Shown here: piece by piece, positions 1 to 8,965 of the stretch
Numbering within the stretch: position 1 is the first letter of the stretch
Layout of the letters: the number at the start of each line of letters is the position of its first letter
DNA from: Candidatus Micrarchaeota archaeon
GTDB lineage: Archaea > Micrarchaeota > Micrarchaeia > Norongarragalinales > UBA8480
Reading direction: 5' to 3'
Length of the DNA: 26,651 nt
Assembly (NCBI GenBank): GCA_043805855.1
Contig: JAZDHP010000053.1
Location: forward strand, 1 to 26,651
The notes under the pieces: generated by a model
What the model was told of the DNA's origin: nothing
The model's database searches: none
What the model saw: only the letters and a program-made list of their open reading frames with translations
Program-made: the position numbers and the translations under genes

Positions 1-13
1 TTAGGTGTCATTC

Positions 14-1315
14 GTGAAAGTTTGTTTTGTTAATGCGTTGTTTTACCCGTTTCGGGGCGGTACAGAGACGCACATGCTTGAACTGGGAGAAGCGCTTGTC
101 AAGCAGGGCGTTGAAGTGCATGTTGTTACTGCAAGGTTAAAGGGAACAAAGCAAGAAGAAACGGTAAATGGCATTTCAGTACACCGGATTCCGGCCGAAG
201 TTATTAGAATTGAAGGTCTTTACCCGCCGCCTTTAGTAATTTGTCGTAATTTCTTGAAACACTTGCGACAAACCGACGCGCGGGAAAACTTCGACGTGTT
301 CCACTTACATGGAAGGTGGTTCCCTGACTTCACGCAAGTGAGAAAGCACTGCAGCGACGTTGGCAAACCACTGGTTTTGACTATTCACAATGCTCGGCCA
401 ACTGGCATAAGTGCGCTTTACACGTTGTTTGGTTCAATGTACGAAAATGCAGTTGGAAAAAGTGTAATCAAAGGAGCGGGTTCGTTAATTGCGGTTAGCA
501 AATGGACAGCTGAAGACATAGCTAAATATCATATTCCAAAGAAAAAATTCACAGTTATTTACGACGGAATAGATGCAACTAAATTTTCGCCAGCGTTTAA
601 TCCCAAAGTAAAAGAAGAACTTGGAATACATCCGAAATCTCCGCTATTAGTTTGGGTTGGGCGCATAATTCCGCAAAAGGGACTGAAATATTTAATCGCC
701 GCAATGCCCGCGATATTGAAAAATTCGCCAACAACTAAATTACTCATAATTGGAACTGGAACTGAATTACCTGAGTTAAAAAAACAAGCTGCAAAACTAG
801 GCGTGGCGAATTCAATTATTTTCTACGGCCAAGTGAACGACCGTAAAAAGCTAAACAATTTACTCCGCGGGTGCGACTTGTTCGTATTCCCGTCAATTTG
901 GGAACCATTTGGAATGGTAATTACAGAAGCAATGGCTTCAGGATTGCCAATAGTAGCCGCACGTACTGGCGGGATTCCTGAAATAATTCAAGAAAATAAA
1001 AACGGGCTACTTGTAAAGCCGCGCAGCGCAAAAGCGTTTGCAACTGCAGTTGTAAAAATTCTCAACAGCGGAAAGTTAAAACAAATGGGCGCGAACGGGA
1101 GAAAAGTTGTTGAAAAGAAGTTCAACTGGGCGGCGATTGCAAAGCAAACAATTGCAGTTTACAAAAAAGCGCCGGTCACAAAAGAAGAGGGTATACCACA
1201 AATGGCATTGAACGAAATGCATGAAGTTTTTGAAAAAGGAATTGAAACAATCTCTGCAAAGAAGTTAACAAAGTACACTATTCGTTTGAAACGACTTTTG
1301 AAGCGCCTTTCCTAA
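14..1315 (+). CDS. Glycosyltransferase family 4 (GT-B, RfaB-like)
   Basis: N-terminal 'KVCFVNALFYPFRGGTE', 'VGRIIPQKG' and 'PSIWEPFGMVITEAMASG' (EX7E motif). Start placed at GTG 14, after AGGTG at 3-7. Confidence 0.93.
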   Translation: MKVCFVNALFYPFRGGTETHMLELGEALVKQGVEVHVVTARLKGTKQEETVNGISVHRIPAEVIRIEGLYPPPLVICRNFLKHLRQTDARENFDVFHLHGRWFPDFTQVRKHCSDVGKPLVLTIHNARPTGISALYTLFGSMYENAVGKSVIKGAGSLIAVSKWTAEDIAKYHIPKKKFTVIYDGIDATKFSPAFNPKVKEELGIHPKSPLLVWVGRIIPQKGLKYLIAAMPAILKNSPTTKLLIIGTGTELPELKKQAAKLGVANSIIFYGQVNDRKKLNNLLRGCDLFVFPSIWEPFGMVITEAMASGLPIVAARTGGIPEIIQENKNGLLVKPRSAKAFATAVVKILNSGKLKQMGANGRKVVEKKFNWAAIAKQTIAVYKKAPVTKEEGIPQMALNEMHEVFEKGIETISAKKLTKYTIRLKRLLKRLS

Positions 1316-2021
1316 CCAAGCGATACTTCTTCCTCTTTACTCCAATTAGATAGAAAAGCGTGGTTTTTGTCCAGCCGAAGAACAATTTCACTAAACCTAG
1401 CTTGCGAACTCGGCGATTAGAAGTTAATACGGTTAAATTTTTCAAAAATATCGCTTTGCCTAAGCGTGACGCGCGGTTTGACAAGTCATGGTCTTCACTT
1501 GCAGTACGCCCAACGTCGAAGCCACCGAGTTTGTTAAACGTATCACGCCGGTAGCCAACTGCATTTCCGGAAAACGCTGCGCCACTGATAACTGAAACTT
1601 GCAAAAACGAGTTGAAAAGTTTAAACAGTGCCTTTTCGTGTATTTTCAACGGGTGCGGCATCACCTGGCATCCAACAACTACAGAACCAGTTGAAAGCGC
1701 ACGGACAAAATCCCTCACTAAAGGCAACGGAACTGCAGTATCTGCATCTACAAAGATTAAAAATTTACCATACGAATGGCAAGCGCCGTTGTTTCTAACT
1801 GCAGCAATAACTTGCCTTTTCTCGTGATAAACTTTATCTGCAAGTTTAACCGCGATTTTCACAGTATTATCTTCACTGTTATTATCAACGACAATGACTT
1901 CACAAGGGAGTTTGGAAAACGCAATGCTCTGCCTAACCGCTTTTATGCAATGCAACAGCGTGTTCTCTTCATTGTACGCAGGGATTATGATTGAAACAAT
2001 TGGCTTTTTTACTTTGTTCAT
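1278..2021 (-). CDS. Glycosyltransferase family 2
   Basis: 'SIIIPAYNEE', 'VVDNNSED', 'FVDAD' (DxD) and 'GGFD...EDHD'. Confidence 0.93.
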   Translation of the reverse strand: MNKVKKPIVSIIIPAYNEENTLLHCIKAVRQSIAFSKLPCEVIVVDNNSEDNTVKIAVKLADKVYHEKRQVIAAVRNNGACHSYGKFLIFVDADTAVPLPLVRDFVRALSTGSVVVGCQVMPHPLKIHEKALFKLFNSFLQVSVISGAAFSGNAVGYRRDTFNKLGGFDVGRTASEDHDLSNRASRLGKAIFLKNLTVLTSNRRVRKLGLVKLFFGWTKTTLFYLIGVKRKKYRLVRKGASKVVSNE

Positions 2022-2029
2022 TTTTGAAA

Positions 2030-2737
2030 TTACGCCTTGCTATGAGTTAACGCATACTTCTTTGTCTTTATGCCGAGCAAAAAGTTAAACGTTGTGCCTA
2101 ACCAGTTTACTAACAGACCGAAAAAGCCCAACACACGCAAACGGCGGGAAGAAGTGTAAGTAACTATTCGCGGGAGAAAAATAACGCTACCGAATTTTGA
2201 AATTTTAATTGAAAAATCTTGATCTTCACTTGCTGCACGTTCCTCGTCGAAACCAGTTGCCTTAACAAATGAACTGCGGCGATAAGCAACGCAACTTCCA
2301 GCAATGCACGGCCGGCGTAGTTGAACCGAAAGGTGAACTAGGAAATTTAAAAGGTAGAAGAAAAGCGTTTCAAAAAAGCTCAACCTGCGCGGCATTATCA
2401 CGCAGCCTAGTCCAACTACTTTTTTGTCACGCGAAAAAATCGTCTTTAGTTTATCGAAAAACTCAACGTGCGGCACAGTATCTGCATCGAGGAATAGAAT
2501 AACTTCTCCCTTTGCATAGCCAGCGCCGATGTTACGCGCTTTGCCAATTGTGCCACCGTGAGAAACTATAACTTTGTCAGCATACTTTTTGGCAATTTTC
2601 ACCGTGTTGTCCTTTGAACCGCCGTCGACAACTATAATTTCAACATCTTCAATTGAACGAACATAGCGCAGCGTTTTGCCGATATCTAATTCTTCGTTCA
2701 AGGCAGGCATAACTACAGATAAATAAACTTTAGCCAT
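2030..2737 (-). CDS. Glycosyltransferase family 2 (paralog of the adjacent GT2)
   Basis: 'SVVMPALNEE', 'VDGGSKD', 'FLDAD' and 'GFDE...EDQD'. Confidence 0.93.
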   Translation of the reverse strand: MAKVYLSVVMPALNEELDIGKTLRYVRSIEDVEIIVVDGGSKDNTVKIAKKYADKVIVSHGGTIGKARNIGAGYAKGEVILFLDADTVPHVEFFDKLKTIFSRDKKVVGLGCVIMPRRLSFFETLFFYLLNFLVHLSVQLRRPCIAGSCVAYRRSSFVKATGFDEERAASEDQDFSIKISKFGSVIFLPRIVTYTSSRRLRVLGFFGLLVNWLGTTFNFLLGIKTKKYALTHSKA

Positions 2738-2840
2738 TTAGAACAACTTCACAAGCCTAGTATAAAAAACCGCACTAAAAAATACAAAAATACGCATGGT
2801 TAAAAACCCGGAAATACTCAAGAATTAGAGAGAGGATAAT

Positions 2841-4955
2841 ATGAACGTGAAATATGCTTTTCTAACCCTTTTTGTATTCACCGTGTGCGCAAGCGCAATT
2901 ACGACAACTTGCGGCTTGGTAAACATCGACTACAATAACGATTTAACGTTAAACGCTGGCGAACAAGGTTCATTCACGTTAACCGCGTTTAACCGCGGTA
3001 CTGCAACGCAAAGGATAAGCGCAAGCGCACAGTGCGACCCGTTACAATTACAATGTTCATTCACTGGAATTAGCGACTCGACAATTTTAGCCCCAAGCGA
3101 ACAAAGAACATTTTCACTAAAGGTCAAGCCACTTCAAAGCGGCGCGTATCCAATTACTGGAGAGTTCCACGCTGGCCCAAGCGCCTCAACATGCATTGCA
3201 CCACTAACTTTCAACTTAAATGCGCTTGACGCACAAACGCAAACTATTGATCCGTTAACAGTTTCTATAAACCCCGTTGACAGCCAAAACGCTCGTCCAG
3301 GCGACGAAGTTACATTTACAATTACACTCAAGAACAATCTAAACAAAAAAATCTACGCTGGCTTATCATCTCAAGATACTAATCCATTTGAAAGTTCAAC
3401 AACGCTAAGCGCGTCGAACGTTGCACTGCAATCTGGAGAAACGAAAGACGTTGTTATAAAAGTTCGACTGCCTCCAGGAACCCCCGGAGGAACATACACT
3501 TGGATTTACAAAGTCGACGCCGGCAACTGCTGCGGTTTCACAAGCAACTTACAAGCACAAATTACAGTAGAAGCACCGCGGCTATCAATGCAATTACTAA
3601 ACGCGCCAGTTCAAGACGAGTGCAAAGTGGCAAACGCTGGCAGTACGGCAGCGGTTCCATTAATAATAAAAAACAACGAAGAGACAACCGGCCCGTTTGA
3701 CTTGACAATTCAAGGTACAAACACAGTGCAAAACATCGTGACGTTAACTGAACCGCGCTTTACTTTACTAACCGGCGAGGAAAAGCCCTTCCAGGTAAAC
3801 ATCGCGCCGTTAATGCGAACTCCAATTGACAACTACACTTACAAACTAGTCGGCACATACCAAGGATTTAAATTCTTGGACCGCAGTTTCTGCTTTAAAG
3901 TACAAGGCGTTGACAGTATAAACGTAACCAGCAGCCGCAATTTAGTAATTGAAAGAATGAGAATTTCAAACGTACAAATAAACGTCACTAACACTGGTTC
4001 AACAAGTGACACTTACGCGTTGTCAATAAACCCTGAAGCGCAGTTAACTGCACAACTTCAGCCAAATTCATTTACACTCGCGCCTGGACAAATGCAAACA
4101 GTTGCAATTGCTTTCACGACAAACTTACAAACTCCGCTTGGCCAACGCATTGTCAAACTACGAGTTGACGGCCAAAAGTATTCAAAGAACATTGACCTAA
4201 ACGCAACAGTATACGCAACTGGCAGAACAGGCGAGTCACTCTTGAAAATAACAAGCGAACGACAGCTAAACGTAGTAAAAGGAATTGCAAAGACTTTCAA
4301 CGTAACAGTTGAAAACCTAGGAACAGAAGCACTGCGAGATGTTGAACTAACACTAAACGGAATTGATCTTTCTTGGTATGTAAGTGAAAACAACACGATT
4401 CTAGCTGGAGACAATGAAGTATTCCAAATTACTATTACTATACCAACGACAAGCGAAGAAACGCAATTTGAAACACAACTAAAAGCACAAAGCGGCCGCG
4501 AGTTCGTCACAACGCCGTTGACAATTTCTACTTCCAATGTAGCTTTCGATTTTACAATAACTCAAGTAATTGAAAACAAAAACGCTGCAGGCGAAACAAC
4601 TTCAATTGACTTAGTGCTAAACGTTACAAACAACGGCGCAACAACCGCAACACAAATAACTCCATTGATAAACGACTTGAACTACATTTACAGACAAACT
4701 CCCGCGACGCTAACACTTCAACCAGGTCAAACCGCACAAGTTCAAATTAACTTAAAGGCAGGCAATGAAAACACGCAAAACGCAACTCTCTCACTACAAT
4801 TATCCGCACAAGAGGGAGTAAGCGGAGCACAAACCGTTCAAGTACCGGCGCTTACAATTATAAAAGATTCAAACCTCGCGTTGAAAATCGCGCTAATCTT
4901 AATACTGCTAATTGGAATATTCGCAGTACTGGCCAAAACGCAGAAGAAATTTTAA
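2841..4955 (+). CDS. Secreted, membrane-anchored protein with repeated Ig-like (NEW3/CARDB-type) beta-sandwich domains
   Basis: N-terminal signal peptide; repeated units like 'V.V.N.G...' and 'L.PG....V.I'; T/N/Q-rich; C-terminal TM helix followed by KTQKKF; AGAGGA before the ATG. Confidence 0.75.
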   Translation: MNVKYAFLTLFVFTVCASAITTTCGLVNIDYNNDLTLNAGEQGSFTLTAFNRGTATQRISASAQCDPLQLQCSFTGISDSTILAPSEQRTFSLKVKPLQSGAYPITGEFHAGPSASTCIAPLTFNLNALDAQTQTIDPLTVSINPVDSQNARPGDEVTFTITLKNNLNKKIYAGLSSQDTNPFESSTTLSASNVALQSGETKDVVIKVRLPPGTPGGTYTWIYKVDAGNCCGFTSNLQAQITVEAPRLSMQLLNAPVQDECKVANAGSTAAVPLIIKNNEETTGPFDLTIQGTNTVQNIVTLTEPRFTLLTGEEKPFQVNIAPLMRTPIDNYTYKLVGTYQGFKFLDRSFCFKVQGVDSINVTSSRNLVIERMRISNVQINVTNTGSTSDTYALSINPEAQLTAQLQPNSFTLAPGQMQTVAIAFTTNLQTPLGQRIVKLRVDGQKYSKNIDLNATVYATGRTGESLLKITSERQLNVVKGIAKTFNVTVENLGTEALRDVELTLNGIDLSWYVSENNTILAGDNEVFQITITIPTTSEETQFETQLKAQSGREFVTTPLTISTSNVAFDFTITQVIENKNAAGETTSIDLVLNVTNNGATTATQITPLINDLNYIYRQTPATLTLQPGQTAQVQINLKAGNENTQNATLSLQLSAQEGVSGAQTVQVPALTIIKDSNLALKIALILILLIGIFAVLAKTQKKF

Positions 4956-4961
4956 AACCCG

Positions 4962-5636
4962 CTAGCCGCGTTTTTGCAAACCTTTGCTTGCCAACTCAGC
5001 GAGAATATCTTCAAAGTCACCAGCATGCTTTTCAGAAAAAGCTTTAATTGCAGCGCGATTGACCCTTCCAAAAAAATCAACGTAATTCGAAACAAGTTGC
5101 CCACGCGGCCAAACGCGCTGCTCGCCACTTTTCCTACCTTTTTCATATCCCGTCATATTTCTGCCATATTCTCCCGTAGCAGTTCCTTTTCGGCTATCTC
5201 TTAAAAGATCGTAAAAACGAAATTCAACAAAAACCTCATTTTCATGCGATTCAAATCGCTGTAACGAAGAACGCGACAAGTCAAAATCAGTAACTGGCGT
5301 TCCATGAAAATGAACCACTGGCACGTTGAAACCTTTTGAAGCTAGAAATTCAGTAACTTGCGCGTCAACTGGAACAGTAGCGTGCAACCGCTTGACAACT
5401 TCTTTGCTTAACTTCCGCTTCTCAGCAGTCTTCCACAGCCAGTGCGGCGTCCACCTAGCGGGAATTCTAACAACAACTGCACTGTGCTTCTCCCAACTTT
5501 CATGATGGTGCAACGCGATGTTTATTGTTCCTTCGTTCGGGTGGCGGCCGACGAACACAATTACCTTGCGCTTTGCTTCAGGCACAGCGCGCAGCAACTC
5601 CTCCATGTGTTTCAAATTCCTAGGCCGAAGAATCAT
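4962..5636 (-). CDS. Hypothetical protein
   Basis: 224-aa ORF filling the gap between the surface protein gene and tRNA-Ala; no family recognised. Confidence 0.6.
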   Translation of the reverse strand: MILRPRNLKHMEELLRAVPEAKRKVIVFVGRHPNEGTINIALHHHESWEKHSAVVVRIPARWTPHWLWKTAEKRKLSKEVVKRLHATVPVDAQVTEFLASKGFNVPVVHFHGTPVTDFDLSRSSLQRFESHENEVFVEFRFYDLLRDSRKGTATGEYGRNMTGYEKGRKSGEQRVWPRGQLVSNYVDFFGRVNRAAIKAFSEKHAGDFEDILAELASKGLQKRG

Positions 5637-5694
5637 ATACTAACGAGAACAAACAACCTTATAATTAATTACCTGCTAAAATAGTTCTACAAAT

Positions 5695-5827
5695 GGGCTT
5701 GTAGTCGAATGGTAAGACGCCGCCTCCGCAAGGTGGAGATTCCGGGTTCGATAAGCCTTTTCTTTAAAAAAGAAAAGCCTTCGGGAAAAGAAACTCCCGA
5801 AAACGCTCGAACATCCCGGCAAGTCCA
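5695..5827 (+). tRNA. tRNA-Ala(CGC) with a 61-nt BHB intron at 59/60 (5753-5813)
   Basis: Acceptor stem GGGCTTG/CAAGTCC with G3.U70 and A73; anticodon arm CCGCC-TCCGCAA-GGTGG; T-stem CCGGG/CCCGG. BHB: central helix TTCG/CGAA, bulges ATA and CAT, intron helix AGC/GCT. Spliced T-loop TTCGATT. CCA not encoded. Confidence 0.93.
5757..5793 (+). repeat. Three-tract (Y / R / mirror-R) element, copy A, in tRNA-Ala intron
   Basis: CTTTTCTTT-aaa-AAAGAAAAG-ccttcgg-GAAAAGAAA. Confidence 0.9.
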
Positions 5828-5832
5828 TAAGC

Positions 5833-5874
5833 CTTTTTTCTTTAAGAAAGAAAAAAGCCTTGGGAAAAAAGAAA
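5833..5874 (+). repeat. Three-tract element, copy B, in tRNA-Ala 3' trailer
   Basis: CTTTTTTCTTT-aag-AAAGAAAAAAG-ccttgg-GAAAAAAGAAA. Confidence 0.9.
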
Positions 5875-5901
5875 CTCTGAAAAGAAAAACCTTAGAAATT
5901 T

Positions 5902-6567
5902 CTAAAGTTTAACCACCTGATAATCTTGCACTTCTTTTTCTGACAAGCCACACCCGGCGTTTTTCAATGAATAGATAGCAGCGTGGAAAGCTGGCTCTGC
6001 ATCGCTGCCAAACGAATCAAAATAACCGCGCCTAGCTGCGGCGACGAGCAGTTCACTCGAACGAATTACATTAACCTTGCCAACTAAATTTGTAAATTCA
6101 CTGATAGCCTTTTGGTTAACCATAACTCGCGCGTTGTAAGCGAGGGAAATATTCTCCTGCAGCAGCGCAGGATCTTCAACCATTAACCGCGTTGTCTTCT
6201 CGTCAATTGCAAGCGCGTCGCACTTAAACTGCTTGTAAACCGCAAGACACGCTGCTTCGCCGCTGTGCAGCAAACGCAGTTGCTTACCACGAATAGAAAA
6301 ACTAGAATTAGCATAGTGAACTATACTGTCAACAAGCGACTGGTCAACGTTGACAATTTCCAAATCTCCATCTTCAATTGACTTACGCAAACGCAGCGCA
6401 GAGAAAGCATAGCGGCTCACGTTAATTGGCTTTAGCACAATTTCGCTTTCAACCGCCCTCGGTATAAGAAACTCGCCCCCCTTATGCGATAAGAATCTCA
6501 ACACCTTCACTAGACAAGTGCTGGAAAACGAAATCAAAGGCCCGCTATCACAAACAATTTTACTCAT
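5902..6567 (-). CDS. PIN-domain-like protein (DUF3368/VapC-like)
   Basis: 'IVCDSGPLI' (first acidic site), 'LHSGEAACLA' and 'LAIDEKTTR' follow the PIN acidic-residue pattern. Start reassigned to ATG 6567, which has GTGA upstream. Confidence 0.7.
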   Translation of the reverse strand: MSKIVCDSGPLISFSSTCLVKVLRFLSHKGGEFLIPRAVESEIVLKPINVSRYAFSALRLRKSIEDGDLEIVNVDQSLVDSIVHYANSSFSIRGKQLRLLHSGEAACLAVYKQFKCDALAIDEKTTRLMVEDPALLQENISLAYNARVMVNQKAISEFTNLVGKVNVIRSSELLVAAARRGYFDSFGSDAEPAFHAAIYSLKNAGCGLSEKEVQDYQVVKL

Positions 6568-6574
6568 GTAAACA

Positions 6575-7111
6575 TCACGTGAACAATTTATCCGCCAGTG
6601 CAATACGCTGGCTAACTTTTTTAGATTCAAACTTATCAGCAAGCGTCATAGCACCTAAATAGCTCAACAGTTCGCGGCGGTCTGCACTGGTTAACTCAAC
6701 CGCAATTCCAATAGACGCGCCGTGACTGTACAACTGAGATGCGGTTTTCAACCGCGCTTTTTCAACAACACTTACAACAAACCCGCCTAAATCACTACTT
6801 AGTTCGTCAATGTCAGTTAAAATATTGTCAATAATCCCGCTGCACGTGTTTCCAGTGCACTTTTCGCCCTGCGTTAAACGCTGGGTCAACTGCTGCGAAA
6901 ATTTCTTCCACCGTGAGCTGTGCACAATGTGCGGCTTGTCAAATAACTTCGCAAGTGCGAATGCAACGATGCTGAACTCAGCAATTTGTTGATCATTCAG
7001 CGCAAGCGCATCTTCGGCACAAACGTGGGCAAACTCTTTCAAACCATCAGTGTCCTGCGAGGCGAATAGTTTACGCAACGAGCTCAACCTTTCAGAAACA
7101 CTAACTTCCAT
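6575..7111 (-). CDS. Hypothetical protein with a UPF0175-like C-terminal HTH (possible antitoxin-like partner of the PIN protein)
   Basis: 'LYSHGASIGIAVELTS' resembles the UPF0175 pattern 'LY..G.IS.G.AAELAG'; ends 7 bp before the PIN gene start; its own start is uncertain. Confidence 0.5.
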   Translation of the reverse strand: MEVSVSERLSSLRKLFASQDTDGLKEFAHVCAEDALALNDQQIAEFSIVAFALAKLFDKPHIVHSSRWKKFSQQLTQRLTQGEKCTGNTCSGIIDNILTDIDELSSDLGGFVVSVVEKARLKTASQLYSHGASIGIAVELTSADRRELLSYLGAMTLADKFESKKVSQRIALADKLFT

Positions 7112-7217
7112 GCAAAACCAACACAAGACATACATAAAAAACAAACGTTTCTATTCGTCCACTTTGCGAACCGTAAACTTCAATAGCCTAACCACAATAA
7201 CAAACAAAGCAAAACAA

Positions 7218-7265
7218 CTATAAACCTTAGTTTAGCTAAGTTTAACTTAGGTGAATTAAGTTTAT
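7218..7265 (+). promoter_or_regulatory. TATA-like box followed by a 10-bp-phased operator array upstream of the TA pair
   Basis: CTATAAA at 7218, then CTTAGTTTAG CTAAGTTTAA CTTAGGTGAA TTAAGTTTAT; includes the perfect inverted repeat CTAAGTT-T-AACTTAG (7236-7250). Confidence 0.55.
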
Positions 7266-7551
7266 GAAAAGCGAGGGGAAAAGCAAAGTGAATGTTAACT
7301 TAATTGTAGACGACTACACAAACCGCGTGTTAGGCGTGATAAAAGAAAAATACGGGCTAAAAGACAAGGGAGAGGCTCTGTGTACTTTTGCCGATATGTA
7401 CGGCGATGATTTTGTTGAACGCGAAGTAAGAGAAGATGCCGCTAAAAGAATTATTGAAAGCTGCGACGCACATATCAAAAAATACGGCTACAAAGGAATG
7501 AGCGATAAGGAACTTATGAACTTACTCGGGATAACAAAAAATGACCTTTGA
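7264..7551 (+). CDS. Antitoxin, DUF2683-like
   Basis: 'VNLIVDDYTNRVLGVIKEKYGLKDKGEAL' matches the DUF2683 pattern as I recall it; overlaps the downstream toxin by 11 bp. Confidence 0.7.
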   Translation: MKSEGKSKVNVNLIVDDYTNRVLGVIKEKYGLKDKGEALCTFADMYGDDFVEREVREDAAKRIIESCDAHIKKYGYKGMSDKELMNLLGITKNDL

Positions 7552-7816
7552 ATATATTACTTCTGATAAATTAAAGCTCAAAATGACAGCTATAAGCAAA
7601 ACTGACAAAGCACTAGCAGTTAAACTATTCAAAAAAATAAAAGAAATTACCTCACGTGACAACAATACAATTGAATTTTACAAAAACTTACGGCAGCCAA
7701 TGCAAGAATACAAACGAGTTCACATTGACCCGTTTGTCTTAACTTTTAAAGTATATCAATCACACAACTTAATATTATTTGACGATCTTAACCATCACGA
7801 TAACATCTACAAATAA
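7541..7816 (+). CDS. RelE/ParE-superfamily toxin (YafQ/RelE-like mRNA interferase)
   Basis: 91 aa, basic; 'YKNLRQPMQEYKRVHIDPFVLTF...HHDNIY'. Confidence 0.8.
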   Translation: MTFEYITSDKLKLKMTAISKTDKALAVKLFKKIKEITSRDNNTIEFYKNLRQPMQEYKRVHIDPFVLTFKVYQSHNLILFDDLNHHDNIYK

Positions 7817-7841
7817 AAATGCGCAGAGGTAACAACATAGA

Positions 7842-8375
7842 GTGGCTTACTATTATCTAGATATTGAAACGTTCAGTGAATCGCTTCCTAACCCAATTAC
7901 GGACAAGATTATTTCAATTCAATTCCAGGAAATCACACCAATCGGAGAGCCAGCTGGAGAGCTAACGATTTTGAAAGAGTGGGAGAAAAGCGAAGAGCAA
8001 ATTCTACGCGAGTTTACACCACTCTTGAAACCGTGGGCTTTCATCCCGGTTGGGAATAATTTAAACTTCGAACGCAAATTCCTCAAAACTCGCTGCTTGC
8101 AACACGGCGTTCCATTTGACATCTACGATTTTACCTTCTCTACTCCATCAATAGACATTCAACCACTATTTGTGATTCTAAACAAGGGTAATTTCAAAGG
8201 GTGCGGCATGCACCACTTTACTTCCAAAAAGACAAACGGCGCCGTGATTGCTCCATGGTACAAGAAGAAAGAGTTTGACAAAATTGAGAACTATATCAGA
8301 GAGGAAACCAACGCTTTTCTTGAGTTTTACCAAAAATGCTGCTGTGAATTACCTAAACTAATTGAAAAAACCTAG
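7842..8375 (+). CDS. Standalone RNase H-like / DEDD 3'-5' exonuclease domain protein
   Basis: 'YLDIET' (Exo I), 'GNNLNFE' (Exo II-like) and 'YIREE' (Exo III-like); GAGGT upstream of the GTG. Confidence 0.7.
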   Translation: MAYYYLDIETFSESLPNPITDKIISIQFQEITPIGEPAGELTILKEWEKSEEQILREFTPLLKPWAFIPVGNNLNFERKFLKTRCLQHGVPFDIYDFTFSTPSIDIQPLFVILNKGNFKGCGMHHFTSKKTNGAVIAPWYKKKEFDKIENYIREETNAFLEFYQKCCCELPKLIEKT

Positions 8376-8431
8376 AAAATAGCAGCAAACTAGCTCTACA
8401 ACTTGTATCCACTAACCAGTTTAAAGTTAGA

Positions 8432-8467
8432 TTTATATACTCTCGACGTGTCATGATTGTGTCATGA
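8432..8467 (+). promoter_or_regulatory. TATA box with a downstream direct-repeat operator
   Basis: TTTATATA at 8432-8439; GTGTCATGA at 8448-8456 and 8459-8467, each containing the palindrome TCATGA. Confidence 0.55.
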
Positions 8468-8506
8468 CGATAACTAGATGCTGTTGAAGCAGCTGCGTTA
8501 ATCGTT

Positions 8507-8965
8507 ATGGTAAATGGGTATAAAAGGGTTATGGACTCGGGGGAGTTTGACAACGTAACCGCGGAGTTCCGCGAGTTTTCCTCTAGAATGAAGGATCCTA
8601 TTGTTGTTGGCACTTTACTTCACAAGTTAACAGAAGAGAGGCAATCCACTAACTTACTACTTAGAGAGATAAATGCTAAGCTAGACAAGTTGGGAGAAAT
8701 GGAAAAGAAATTCAGCGAACTTGAAGCTAAGATAAACAAAGTAAACGCACAAAAAGTGCCAGCCAAGAGTAAAATGTTGCCTGAAGTTGACGAAGCAATT
8801 ATTGCATTTATTAAAAGTAAAAGCGCGGTTTGCGCTGAAGATGTGCAGGAAGAATTTAAGTACAAAGGGAAAAACGCAGCGAGTGCTCGTTTGAACCGCT
8901 TGTGCAGCCTTGGGGTTTTGAAAAAATCTCAAGTTGGTAAGAGAGTTTTCTTTGAGAAGAATTGA
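8507..8965 (+). CDS. Coiled-coil plus C-terminal winged-HTH protein (putative regulator)
   Basis: Heptad region 'LLREINAKLDKLGEMEKKFSELEAKI', then wHTH-like 'AIIAFIK...AEDVQEEF...AASARLNRL...GVLKK...GKRVFF'. The true start may be ATG 8531. Confidence 0.7.
   Translation: MVNGYKRVMDSGEFDNVTAEFREFSSRMKDPIVVGTLLHKLTEERQSTNLLLREINAKLDKLGEMEKKFSELEAKINKVNAQKVPAKSKMLPEVDEAIIAFIKSKSAVCAEDVQEEFKYKGKNAASARLNRLCSLGVLKKSQVGKRVFFEKN

Noticed and set aside
5709..5912. 67-aa ORF with repeated FFKKEK motifs
   Set aside because: It is a translation of tRNA-Ala and the triplex element; the peptide repeat only reflects the DNA repeat.
4962..8375. Integrated element at tRNA-Ala
   Set aside because: No integrase, transposase or duplicated tRNA 3' end found.
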